NCBI GenBank assembly: GCA_937625935.1
Contig: OW569390.1
Coordinates: 124,001 to 188,000 of the forward strand
DNA from: Tetramitus jugosus
Lineage: Eukaryota; Protista; Heterolobosea
Direction of reading: 5' to 3'
DNA length: 64,000 nucleotides
Each line of letters begins with the position of its first letter. The first letter of the stretch is position 1. A model generated the notes under the pieces. That model was not told where the DNA came from, ran no database searches, and worked only from the letters and a program-made list of their open reading frames with translations. This document shows positions 42,224-52,875 of this stretch, piece after piece. The translations under genes and the position numbers were made by a program.

Positions 42224-45200
42224 ATGTTGTCACTGAACCGATTAGTGACCGTTTTTGACAGTTCACCTCACTTTCCCTCCAAAAATTCCAATCAACATTC
42301 CTCCGCTGCTGCTACAGCAGGGGGTAGTATCAATAGCGGAGGGGCACGAGTCATGTCCATGAGTGATCAATTACAACAACAGCAGCAACAACAAGTGATT
42401 GGATATGAACGAGATCGTTGTAGCTTTCTAGTCAATTCATGCAGCAGAAACAGTAACCAAATTGAGTTGATTCAATTGGTTCCTCACCAAAAACAACAAG
42501 TCATTATGACTACAACAATGAACAATCATCATCCACTCTATCAATCAACAACAACAAGTGGAAAACAGCAACAACAACAACAACAGCCGAGCATTAACAA
42601 CAACAAACGTCATAGTAGTAATCGAGAAGAAATCAATCATCACAGTGAAGAGAGTCATCATGATGATGAAAATGATGATGATGATGACATTCGTGTCATG
42701 ACACCTAGTGAAGGCACTGATGCTCCTCCTCAACCAACAATTACAGTTTCTCAACCAAGAAGTATATCATCCAACAAGCAACAACAACAACAACAAAATG
42801 ATTCAACCTTACAACAACAACAACAACCATTACAGAGTACAGTAGTGACTGTTCGATCATTCAAACGATCACAGAGTATCACACTGTGTCAAATGGATCC
42901 TTCATTGCACTGTGTCAGTGCATCCATCAACACGAGTAGTGCTCACATTGTTGCCATGACTACTCTGAGGTACACTATTGTCAATGCCACGAGCAATCCG
43001 GTGAGTAGTGGACTGTATGAAACATTTTTGATACAATTGTCGGATTATACGAATCATTTTGATCAGAAACAACCCATATTGTTCAAACGGTCCAACCACT
43101 TTCAAAGGATACAGTTCGTCAGTGAAAATTCCTTTTTATTTTTTTGTGTCAATGAACCGCGAAATAATATTGGAGGTGGTAATAGTGGTAGTAATAGTAG
43201 TGGTGGTGGTAATGATCATTCAAATGTGAGTACTGCCTCGTTTCGAATCGAACTCTACAAATTCCAGTTGAATAAGAAGACGGGTCAGATGATGACAGCT
43301 CCGACACTCTATATGCTCATTTGTGATTCCTGTATGTGGTTTCAGTGGGATCCTGACATGTCCTATTTGTACTATATGGCATCGAATAAGCGAAAGGATG
43401 ATGGATCAACTGCATCGTCGTCATCTTTGTCATCATCGTCATCGTCGTCACACAATAACGCAACGCTGTATGTTTCGTGTTGGGCGTTGACCGAGAGCGT
43501 AAAGGTGGATCCAGTTTACAGGTACAATGTGCCCATTAAAGAGTCTGATTGCTATCACAATCATGACAAGTACAGAAAGAAGAGAGCAAGTGCAGATTTT
43601 TCGAATCATGTCTCACATCAGAGAATGCTCATGAAGGGATGTTGTCCTGGAATGGACTTTACGATAGTGTCTTTGGACAATAATGTCGATTGTTTGTGTA
43701 AGCAGGAAATTCATGACGTAGCACCTAATCGTAGATACATTATGATTCAAATATTTATTTTAACTCATCAACAAACAATCAAGTTTGCGATTCCAATTGG
43801 AAGACATGACGCTCAGAAATTTGCATTCTTTGGACGACAAAAGAATGTGCTTATTGCCTATGTTCCCGGCATCTTTTTGAAAATGATAACGATAAACAGG
43901 AACGAACAACCTGCCAATTTGGTAACATTATCTGCTGCCTCTAACGACTCTTCGCAATCCATCTCGAATCTATCCAGTGTCTGTAAGAGATCCATGGAGA
44001 GTGAAGCACAACTTATTCCCATTTTTTCCCGATTTAAGGCAGACTCATATGTGCTAAACACAACGAATGGCGAGATCTATTCCTATTTGATTAACAGTCC
44101 AGCTCTGCTGCACCTACTCAAAGCGAACTATATGAAAAATAATAACATTGAGAGATTGTTACCAATGTTGAATTGGTCGATCATGCATGAGTCCCCACTG
44201 AGGAAACACATTGATAACTCTCTACAACTTGACTTTTCTTTCCCAGAAATGATTATTTATAGTCTATATCAGTATAACAAGGAGTATTCACGTCAAAGAC
44301 TACAAAGTACCTATTTATTCAAAGAGTTTATATTGGCGACATCTTTTATGATCGCGTCTGACATTTATAAGATGGAGGTGGAATTTTTGACATGCATTCC
44401 CAACTCTATCATTGCTGCCCATCCATATCACAAGGTTGGTTCTGCTCCTCCCATTAATCTGCTCGCGGAAGTCGGCCGTAGTCCCACATGGAATCAGGAT
44501 GAACGAAGTCTACCTGCTTCTGCAAATCAAACACCCATATCAGATATGCTGCTGAAAAATCCATACGAAACAGAAGACAGTTTATCTCCTAGTTCAGCCC
44601 CTGCTATAGTGAAGACTCTGTGGCAGAAATTATCCAATAAGCCTGAGCAGGAACACGTATCGGAGCCGCAGTCGACGATACCAAGATCTCCCAGCGAAAT
44701 GGCATTTGATAAGTTTATTAAGACCAAACAGGAACATATTGAATCAGATTATATTGCCCTTTGTTGGCGATTTGCCTTCTATCAATCGCTTCGAGGTTGT
44801 ATCTCGAATGCAAAGATTGGTAAGGCTTGGGCTGCTAAAAAATGGGCAGCTGGTTATACCTTTATCGTCGCTGGTCAGGTTTCTAGATTGTTCCAAATCA
44901 TACAAAGTTTGTCAATCCGAGCTATTCAGTCACTGGATGTATCGAATGAAAATTATGGTCAAGCAACGCTCGAAGAATGCAAGTGGTATTTCCACCTGCT
45001 AGAATTATTCTATCGGACACTCGAGGAATTATCAGTGCCTGTTGCCCCACATTTTCACTTTGAATTCTCCTTGATTGCATTCCATGTTTTACCACGAAGA
45101 ACATTCATGCAATATGTGAGAAATAAGGTGATTTTTATTACGCAAGCATTTGTTGACTATATTCACTCGACTGAGTTGTGCAGAGATGCATCGTTTTACA

Positions 45201-45877
45201 ACACACTTTTGCACTACATGGTTAGGAACCGCGAAAGAAATGCAACATCCACTAGATCTGCACGACTTCAATCCGAGCTTGCCTATCTTGAGAGTGATAC
45301 GAGATGCGTACATACACTTGTATCCTACTATCACAGCTTAGCATTCCAAGATAAGATTGCAACATCGCTTGCTGTATTGGAAAAAGAAAATAAGTCTTCA
45401 CGAACGACCAAGAGTCTTGAATCGCATCTCATTGAAAAGATTTTTGACGATGAAGATACAGCGTCATGGGATCCTTATAATTATATTTATGGCAACTCTG
45501 ATGTAGACTCTGAAACGGATGCAACACAGGACTACTCAGATCCTGCCTTCTCTCCCATGGCTTCATTCATGAACAATATGCATGGTCAACACGTCGGAAG
45601 TTATTCGGGTAGTAGTTACATGTCCTTCTCCAGATCTCGTCCTAACTCTCCACCGAGTACTAGGTCGTTCAATGGCCAGTACAGTCCTAATTCCACTCCA
45701 CCATCCTCCACTCTGATGCCTCCATCATCGCTACACAGACGATCCAATAGCTTTTCCAATTCGAACCAAAACATGTCACAGCCACAGTACCACTCGCTTC
45801 AACTCACAGACAGCCGACGCTTCTTTATTCACGAACATAGCATCGGCATCCTCAGGGAGCATATCCCATGGCTCTAA
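42224..45877 (+). CDS. GSAP: gamma-secretase-activating protein (GSAP/pigeon) homologue
   Basis: CMWFQWDP..LYY and C-terminal LELFYRTLEELSVPVAPHFHFEFSLIAFHVLPRRTFMQYV..VIFITQAFV resemble GSAP; poly-Q N-terminus. Confidence 0.65.
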   Translation: MLSLNRLVTVFDSSPHFPSKNSNQHSSAAATAGGSINSGGARVMSMSDQLQQQQQQQVIGYERDRCSFLVNSCSRNSNQIELIQLVPHQKQQVIMTTTMNNHHPLYQSTTTSGKQQQQQQQPSINNNKRHSSNREEINHHSEESHHDDENDDDDDIRVMTPSEGTDAPPQPTITVSQPRSISSNKQQQQQQNDSTLQQQQQPLQSTVVTVRSFKRSQSITLCQMDPSLHCVSASINTSSAHIVAMTTLRYTIVNATSNPVSSGLYETFLIQLSDYTNHFDQKQPILFKRSNHFQRIQFVSENSFLFFCVNEPRNNIGGGNSGSNSSGGGNDHSNVSTASFRIELYKFQLNKKTGQMMTAPTLYMLICDSCMWFQWDPDMSYLYYMASNKRKDDGSTASSSSLSSSSSSSHNNATLYVSCWALTESVKVDPVYRYNVPIKESDCYHNHDKYRKKRASADFSNHVSHQRMLMKGCCPGMDFTIVSLDNNVDCLCKQEIHDVAPNRRYIMIQIFILTHQQTIKFAIPIGRHDAQKFAFFGRQKNVLIAYVPGIFLKMITINRNEQPANLVTLSAASNDSSQSISNLSSVCKRSMESEAQLIPIFSRFKADSYVLNTTNGEIYSYLINSPALLHLLKANYMKNNNIERLLPMLNWSIMHESPLRKHIDNSLQLDFSFPEMIIYSLYQYNKEYSRQRLQSTYLFKEFILATSFMIASDIYKMEVEFLTCIPNSIIAAHPYHKVGSAPPINLLAEVGRSPTWNQDERSLPASANQTPISDMLLKNPYETEDSLSPSSAPAIVKTLWQKLSNKPEQEHVSEPQSTIPRSPSEMAFDKFIKTKQEHIESDYIALCWRFAFYQSLRGCISNAKIGKAWAAKKWAAGYTFIVAGQVSRLFQIIQSLSIRAIQSLDVSNENYGQATLEECKWYFHLLELFYRTLEELSVPVAPHFHFEFSLIAFHVLPRRTFMQYVRNKVIFITQAFVDYIHSTELCRDASFYNTLLHYMVRNRERNATSTRSARLQSELAYLESDTRCVHTLVSYYHSLAFQDKIATSLAVLEKENKSSRTTKSLESHLIEKIFDDEDTASWDPYNYIYGNSDVDSETDATQDYSDPAFSPMASFMNNMHGQHVGSYSGSSYMSFSRSRPNSPPSTRSFNGQYSPNSTPPSSTLMPPSSLHRRSNSFSNSNQNMSQPQYHSLQLTDSRRFFIHEHSIGILREHIPWL

Positions 45878-46217
45878 CAAAGTGAAGCCACACAATAAAC
45901 ACAATAAACACAATAGAAAACGCCCAGAAGGTCCGTGTCCATGTCTTTTCTGCTCTTTTCTCCGCTTTCTTCTCTGTTCTTTCTCAACTCTACCCCAGTG
46001 AGACAGGAGTTATCAAAAACAATGTAATCGTCTGATAGGTTAATCGCGATCGGTTTATTTTACTGGGGTCTTTAGCCTTCCATGCACATCATTCATACAA
46101 CAACCTCAAAATGTTAATGGGCAATTCCATGCCCAAAAACAACCTGAACCAACGAAATTGCACGTCGTCGAAACTTCAAAATGAAAAATATCCGACAGAC
46201 AACGAAACACAAACAAA

Positions 46218-47042
46218 ATGGACACAACAACAATAACAACATCACTGACAACAACACAACAAGAACAACACAGTGCACGAATTCCAAGAAAAGAAGATGT
46301 ACTCTTCTTCCCCAACCACACTCAAATTCACATACCAGGACTAGACTACTATCCATCGTACTTGTCACCTGACGAAGTGAATCGTGTCATGGAGATTATT
46401 GATGGAAATACGTGGATCAAGGAAATTAGACGGCGTCAACAACACTATGGCTATGTTTATTATCATACGCGCCATAATTTGCCTACAGTTCAACCCAGTG
46501 AACAAGAAAAGGCTGACGATCGAAAATTGCCGCTCGAAAGTTTCGATTTTTTGATTGAACGGATGATTCGCGATGGAATTTTCCCGCGCGATGACCCGCC
46601 AACCCAATGTCTCGTAAATGAGTATTTGGAAAATACGCGCATTGCGTCGCACGTGGACAATGCAAAAGCTTTTGGTGATGTGATTGCTGGGGTGAGCTTG
46701 GTGAGTCCATGTTACATGACAATGAGAAATTGTGAGCACTTGAATGAAGAAACAAGGTTTTACATGGAAGTTGGCTCATTGTATGTGATGAAACATGAGG
46801 CAAGGTATGGTTGGCAACACGGTATCACTCAAATGAAGCACTTTGAGCATCCAGTGACTGGTGAAGTCACTCATAGAGATGCTCAATATAGGCGCGTGAG
46901 TCTCACGTTTCGAAAAATACTGGTAGAGGGCACAAAGAATGGAGAGAATCCAGAACATGAAGAAGAATTGTTTTGGAGTCGGTCAAAGGCAGAGGAAGAA
47001 CAGGACTCATCAGATGTTGTAGTGGTGGAACGAGAAGAGTAA
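46218..47042 (+). CDS. AlkB-family 2OG-Fe(II) dioxygenase
   Basis: RRQQHYGY, QCLVNEY, HVD..H..RRVSLTFR motifs. Confidence 0.92.
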   Translation: MDTTTITTSLTTTQQEQHSARIPRKEDVLFFPNHTQIHIPGLDYYPSYLSPDEVNRVMEIIDGNTWIKEIRRRQQHYGYVYYHTRHNLPTVQPSEQEKADDRKLPLESFDFLIERMIRDGIFPRDDPPTQCLVNEYLENTRIASHVDNAKAFGDVIAGVSLVSPCYMTMRNCEHLNEETRFYMEVGSLYVMKHEARYGWQHGITQMKHFEHPVTGEVTHRDAQYRRVSLTFRKILVEGTKNGENPEHEEELFWSRSKAEEEQDSSDVVVVEREE

Positions 47043-47104
47043 AGTTTAACTTGTTTTTAAATTCTCAAAAGTTAAGTTGTATTTGATTATTGTTGTTATT
47101 GTTG

Positions 47105-48717
47105 TTAAACATTTGCTCTTGCTTCTGTTCTTTCTCCTCTCTTCTTCATGACGAGATTCTCCTTGGCAATTTTAACAGTGACCAATGGTTGTTCTCTTGG
47201 ATAGTACGTCTTGGCATCTTTGCCTTGTTCGAGCTCAAATCGATAGCGTTGCAGCAACTTGACAGCAATGGCTAGTGTTTCAACAAGAGAGAATTGGAAA
47301 CCAACACACTTTCTTGCACCGAAACTGAACGGAAGGTATGATATTGGATCATATCTCTCATTGAATCGATCTGGATTGAAAACATTAGGATCTTTCCAGT
47401 TTGCAGAATTCAAGTGAACACGATAGACATCAAGCCAGATAAAAGTATCCTTTGGGACAGCGTATCCACAAATGACATCCTTTGATTTTGGTGTCTTTGG
47501 CAACATATCTACAGCACTGTGTTTTCTCAAGCTCTCCTTGACACAATTGTTCATGTAGGTGAACTTGGAAAAGTCATCATAGGTGAACGTTCTTCCTTCC
47601 AGAACTCTGTCAACCTCCTCAATGCACTTTTCCTGAACATCTGGATTCTTTGCCAGTTCTGTGAACAAGTGTCCCAAGTTGGTTGCAGAGGTCTCATGAC
47701 CAGCAAACAAGAAAATAAACGAGTCAGATATAATCTCCTCCTGAGTCAATCTAGTCTCATCAGTACCGTTCTCATTCGATTCCAATAGTAAGCTCAACAA
47801 ATCAGCACCAGAACCATCCTGGGCAGCACTTCGAGCAGCAATTAATTCCTGGATGTACTTCTTTGTTTCAGCAATACCAGTCATTGGAGTACGGAAAATA
47901 GGCAACTTGTGAAGGTATGTTGGAACGAGCATGTGCAGAGCTGTTCCGAGAGTACTTGTAATTTCCAAGGAATCATAGAACGATTTCACGTGCTTGGTCT
48001 TATCGAAAAGTGTATGTTTTGCGTTGGCATCATCCTCATGGAACACATTCAAATTGACACCAAAGTTTGACTTTCCAATAATGTCCATTGTAACATCTGT
48101 CATGTCCGAGTTCACTTCCAACGTCATGGTCTTCTCCAGTCTCTTGATCAACAAATCTGTTGACTCGTTCGAGATTTCCACCAATGCTCTCAGGTTTCTC
48201 TCTTGGAACGCAGGCTCAACTATTCTTCTGTGCTTTCGATGGACCCCCTCCTTGCTCACACTGACAATATTGTCTCCATATCTGAACAAGTTGAAACATT
48301 TTGTTAGTAAGCTGTGAAAACTTTACAAAAAACTTTACAAAACAACAACACATTAAAAAAAAAAACCAAGAACACATACACCATCAATGCATGATAAATT
48401 GGTGGTTTGGTATAGTTGGAAGCATTCTTTGACATTACGTGCTTCACAGCTTCCAAATTGTTCAACACAACGGCCGTGCTCCATCCAGAAGTAATACGAT
48501 ACACTGGATATTGACTAAATCGTTCACCAAGTGCCAAAACATCCTTGTAAGACCCGAGGTACATGTAAGGAGCCAGAATTGGGATTTTCATGGGACCAAA
48601 TGGCAGCAGTTGACTCACACCAGGAATATGTCTATAGAGCCAAATTGCATGGAGATGACGGCCAATGGCATAAGTAAGAGCCACTATAATAGTGGACAAG
48701 ATCAAAGCTAACAACAT
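47105..48717 (-). CDS. cytochrome P450; intron 48282-48379
   Basis: N-terminal anchor, AGHETSA, ESLR, PDRF and FSFGARKCVG heme motif; GTATGT..CAG intron restores the frame. Confidence 0.95.
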
Positions 48718-48921
48718 GTTGTGTTTTTGTTTTGGGCGAGTAATGGAAGTTGATCAACATCAAGTTTCTCGTCGACTTTCGGCTCTTTTTGAACAAATAA
48801 TGCGAAATTGTCGCTCCTTGTTTGGAAGTTTTGCGCAACGTCCGGTCGGAGCTAGCAATTGGCCTCCACAACGGATAGAGATTTACCCTTTTGAGTCGTT
48901 GGCCTTACGTTCTGCAATGTA

Positions 48922-50630
48922 TTAGTATTGCGTATCTCTGAATTGAGAGCACCAGGAAACGATGCCAGGAAACTCATGGATTGGTTTCTCCAGTTTCTTG
49001 TAGTGGTTAGGACTGTACCAGATCAATAATCGAGGAACGATGGCTTCTTGTATCACAAACTCACCAGAGTCCAGCTCCCATTCAGCCATTTGGTCGGTCA
49101 CTCTTCCAATATACTTTACGACAAGAGCATATTCAGGGGCTTCTGAACCATTAAGTGCCTTTACTCCTACCCCACCAAAGTATTGTGTTGAATTCCTTCT
49201 GGCGGATGTAAGTCTCGGAAATAGATCATCATGGAATTGTGGATGGAAATGACTTATCTTGTCCAAGTGTACATCTGGATTCTTCATGTTACGTTGTGCT
49301 TTGACCTCTGTTGTTGAATCAAAATAGTGTGAGTTAGAGACATTTCAATCTGAACATTATGCAAGTTATGATACGAACGTTCATACACATCTTCAGAGCT
49401 TTTGTCCACAGAAAGGAATGCATACAATTTTGCTTCACTTCCAAATGCATCCTCGCTGTTTGGTACGATTGCTGGGCTCAAGTAAATCCTGTTGGATAAC
49501 ACCAACCAGAGCACCTGATTAACCTTTGTATCTGACAGTAAATCAAGATTGTCTGCCCGAAGTGAGCGATTTTCCAACCACCTTTTTAAATGATTAATAT
49601 GCGGTGTATCACTTAATTCATCATTGAGGTCTGGAAGCTTCCTCCCAGCTCGTGGCAGCTGTTCGTCATAAAACAAACAGGGGAATGGGGCAAAACAGCC
49701 TTCTTTGTAAGCTTTTGCACTCGACAAAATATATCTCAATAAAGGTTCCTCATACTTGAGGTAGTGTCTCAACAATGAATATCCAAATCCAGATTCCCTT
49801 GCATGATCCAAACACTTCAATACATTGATGAATCCAGGTCGATAACCCGAAGTGACCGTTCTTCCAGACACTAAACACTTTGAACTTGACATTTGTATCT
49901 CTGATCGTACCAACTGGACAATACTAGAGAGAACTCCTCGAGTAGGAACGTTTCGTATCTCATCGAACATTGTACAGAAATGAGGATACTGTTTGAAGAA
50001 TGCACGAATTGCAATTTGGAGCAACATGGACAAACCAAAATCATTTCTGTCTTGGTTCATTTGTATGGCTACTCTCAAAAGAGACTTGGAATCACTTTCA
50101 TCAACTTTAATGCTCTTTTCGTCTGCTTGCTCCTCGAGCTTTTCATTCTTCTGGTTCTTATGGTCGAATGGAGGGTCATCGTTCAACCTCGAAGGTTGAA
50201 ACACTTGCACATGCACAGAATTATCATCAATCTTCTTATTGAGATACTCACTGGGCACTCCCAGATCCAACCTCACATATACTACAATTGCACTGTCTTT
50301 GTCAATAAATCTCGCACCAAAAAAATTGTGCGAAGCTCTGGGAAGTAATTGTAAAGCATCCAACGTCAACAGAATATGAACACATTGTTCATTGTGTTGG
50401 TTCTTCTCAGAAGGAACAAGGCTCAAATCTGCAGTCAATTCCGCTTGTGTCATGACGACACAATGGCGTACTTGAGCCTGTTGGTCGATCAACAATTGTT
50501 TGCTTTCATTTCGTAAGCTTTCAATCATTTTCTGATTGGAAGTAATGTTGGACTCATGGACAAGAAATGGTTCGTCTGAACAGAGAACCTTCTCAATGCA
50601 CACGGCAGTGCTATTGTTCTGACTTGTCAT
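48922..50630 (-). CDS. PARP6/8-like protein with apparently degenerate ADP-ribosyltransferase domain; probable intron at about 49307-49379
   Basis: FAPFP, VLWLVLSNRIYL and terminal IVPRLLIWY resemble PARP6/8 segments; FHGS-like motif altered to FHPQ; 5' end uncertain. Confidence 0.4.
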
Positions 50631-51432
50631 CTTTTTTTCTCTAAAATGTTCCAACAGAAGTTCCAGATGCCACACAAATACTCTTTCAACAATGAGGGAT
50701 GACATGAACTCCCAGTTGCGGTTTGCTTACAACTGGTATCGGCGGCAGTTCCATAGGACCAAGTGTTTGTTGGGTGAAATTTGGGGTCAAAGTTAGAACT
50801 GGAATCAAAGTGTGACAAAACAAAGATGAATGACATTTGGACGCAAGTGTCACACTTTATCGTATTCAAGGAGATAATTAACACTCTGCAACAATTAAGG
50901 GCAAATGCACTACCTCTCATAAGTTCAAGGAGCGCTTACAGACTATCGAGAGCCATCATTGCGTTGCAAGATTTGGAAGACTCACAAGGAAGGACATTGA
51001 AGACTCTTCTTGTGAACAAGAAGACGTACAACATTTTGTTTCTGCCTTGCACTGTATCATGAGATTGGTGTAATTACTTCAAAATCATCGTCCACTCCTA
51101 CAACAACTTCATTTTTATCAACGCGTTGTTCGACAAAATCATTGTCATCGTTGTTGTGACTCCTTGATGCACTAGAAAAAAATTTTTCGAGTCCCATTGA
51201 TTTTTAGTTATTTTTTTTACTTCTGGAGGACCCTCATCCGGATGTCACATACAATAGAAGGAACCTTTTAGATACAGTAGCTTAGCACAGGTGACAAGAT
51301 ACTAGCCTTTTTTACAACGATATTTCATCTTCTTCATCTTCTTCAAACTCCTTCTGAAAAAGCCAAACTTATCATTAACTATCAAACAAAACTTCGTTTG
51401 TGTATGATTTAATGTCAAATTTTAGTTTGTAT

Positions 51433-52170
51433 TTACAATGGTTTTGTGGGATGATCAATTGTCAACTCAGAACTGCACTCTTCCGTTCGATAACCGAAAG
51501 GAACAGTTAAGAACACAACTTCAGGCATGTAAGGTATCTCCAGAGTGGCCGATGCCATGGCACTGAAACATTGCTTCTCAAAATTAACCCTAATATCACT
51601 GAATGACAAACAAAGATTCACTTGCAATTGATCCAACACTGGTACACAAATTGGAATTCTCATGTCAGACATTGACACATCCTTCTCGTACACTGTATAG
51701 TCATTGACTATCATTTTAAAGTAGGCAGACTTGTGAATAATATCAATGGCTCCTGATGTGCACAGTGTCAATTTCATCAACTCATGATTCAGTAGTTCAA
51801 TGTTCATTGGCCCCACGCAACATGAAATCTTGTAGTCATCGATATCGCACTTTCTATTGACCATGAATCGACCCTTGGTTGGCTCAAGTTGTTTAACGAG
51901 TTGACTGTACAACAAGTATTGGTTCAATCGAGTGTCATCACTGGTTCCTCCATTCTCGAAACGTTTCTTGTTTTGAGGACGATTGTATCTCATCTTGGGG
52001 GTGTCATATGCAATTTGAGCCTTTCTAATGAGGGAAGCACGGAGAATATCGTCATACTTTTTGGCCAGTGGGACTCGATCGACTCTGACCTCAGAGTGCA
52101 CAACGAGTAGAGAAGAAGTCAGTATGCAAAAGAGCAGTAACAGGAGAAGGGATGAGTGGTTTTGATTCAT
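51433..52170 (-). CDS. secreted Cys-rich protein (DUF4773-like)
   Basis: signal peptide; Cys pattern C..SCC..LC..PICVP..LCLSF. Confidence 0.6.
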   Translation of the reverse strand: MNQNHSSLLLLLLFCILTSSLLVVHSEVRVDRVPLAKKYDDILRASLIRKAQIAYDTPKMRYNRPQNKKRFENGGTSDDTRLNQYLLYSQLVKQLEPTKGRFMVNRKCDIDDYKISCCVGPMNIELLNHELMKLTLCTSGAIDIIHKSAYFKMIVNDYTVYEKDVSMSDMRIPICVPVLDQLQVNLCLSFSDIRVNFEKQCFSAMASATLEIPYMPEVVFLTVPFGYRTEECSSELTIDHPTKPL

Positions 52171-52514
52171 AATGTTGATGTATTGTCAGTGGTTTCTTTG
52201 TATTCACACTCTGATTGAAAAGACTCAAGGAAAGCTTTTTTCGGTTGACCAGATCTCTCATCTGGATATTTCAGGAATTATTTTCAGTAAACAAGAAAAA
52301 CAAATACGTGTTGCCTTGAATAAATAACAAAACAAACACATCCGATCCATCCTTGGCAGTTTTTCTGGACAAGAATACATCGTAAAATGTCGAGTTTTGG
52401 GAAGAGGGAAAGGTCCAGTATCTAGCACGCAACTCACCTGATCACAATTCAAGGCTCGCAATTGAATCACTCCAGGTCTTCTTGGAACCACGCGTACAGC
52501 TTCTGGGCGTGCAG

Positions 52515-52656
52515 TTTTTTTTGTTTTTTTTAATACAACCATTGCGGTTGCTCACTTTATTATCAATACATTTTCATCAGCCATCGCTCATTGAGCGATG
52601 GTTCTTGGTCTTCTGATTAATTCCCAATGACGCTCGCAGAGCGTCATTGCTGTTGT
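52515..52656 (-). mobile_element. 142-bp family-B 3'-end-only insertion
   Basis: poly(A), AATAAA and the same hairpins as 33268-33392; TSD CTTCTGGGCGT(G/T)CAG at 52500-52514 and 52657-52671 (14/15 identical). Confidence 0.93.
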
Positions 52657-52710
52657 CTTCTGGGCGTTCAGATGAGCGGGAATATCATCCTACAGTTATA
52701 CAAATAAGAA

Positions 52711-52792
52711 GCATGCGTGGCCGAGTGGTCTAAGGCGTCCGACTCAAGTTCGGATATCTCCGGATGCGTGAGTTCAAATCTCACCGCATGCA
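52711..52792 (+). tRNA. tRNA-Leu(CAA), copy 1
   Basis: GCATGCG/CGCATGC acceptor; TCCGA-CTCAAGT-TCGGA anticodon arm; variable arm; GTTCAAATC. Confidence 0.96.
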
Positions 52793-52875
52793 CAGTTTTG
52801 CCGCTTTTGTCATTTGAAAAAAGGAAAGATCGAACAGAAGAGGTTTTTGAAAGCAGATGCCCTTTATTAATGTTA

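Noticed and set aside
52258-52542. ORFs starting MVVLK (also 21273-21509)
   Set aside because: The ATG comes from the element's terminal ATGGTTGTATT-An sequence reading into the flank; these are not genes.
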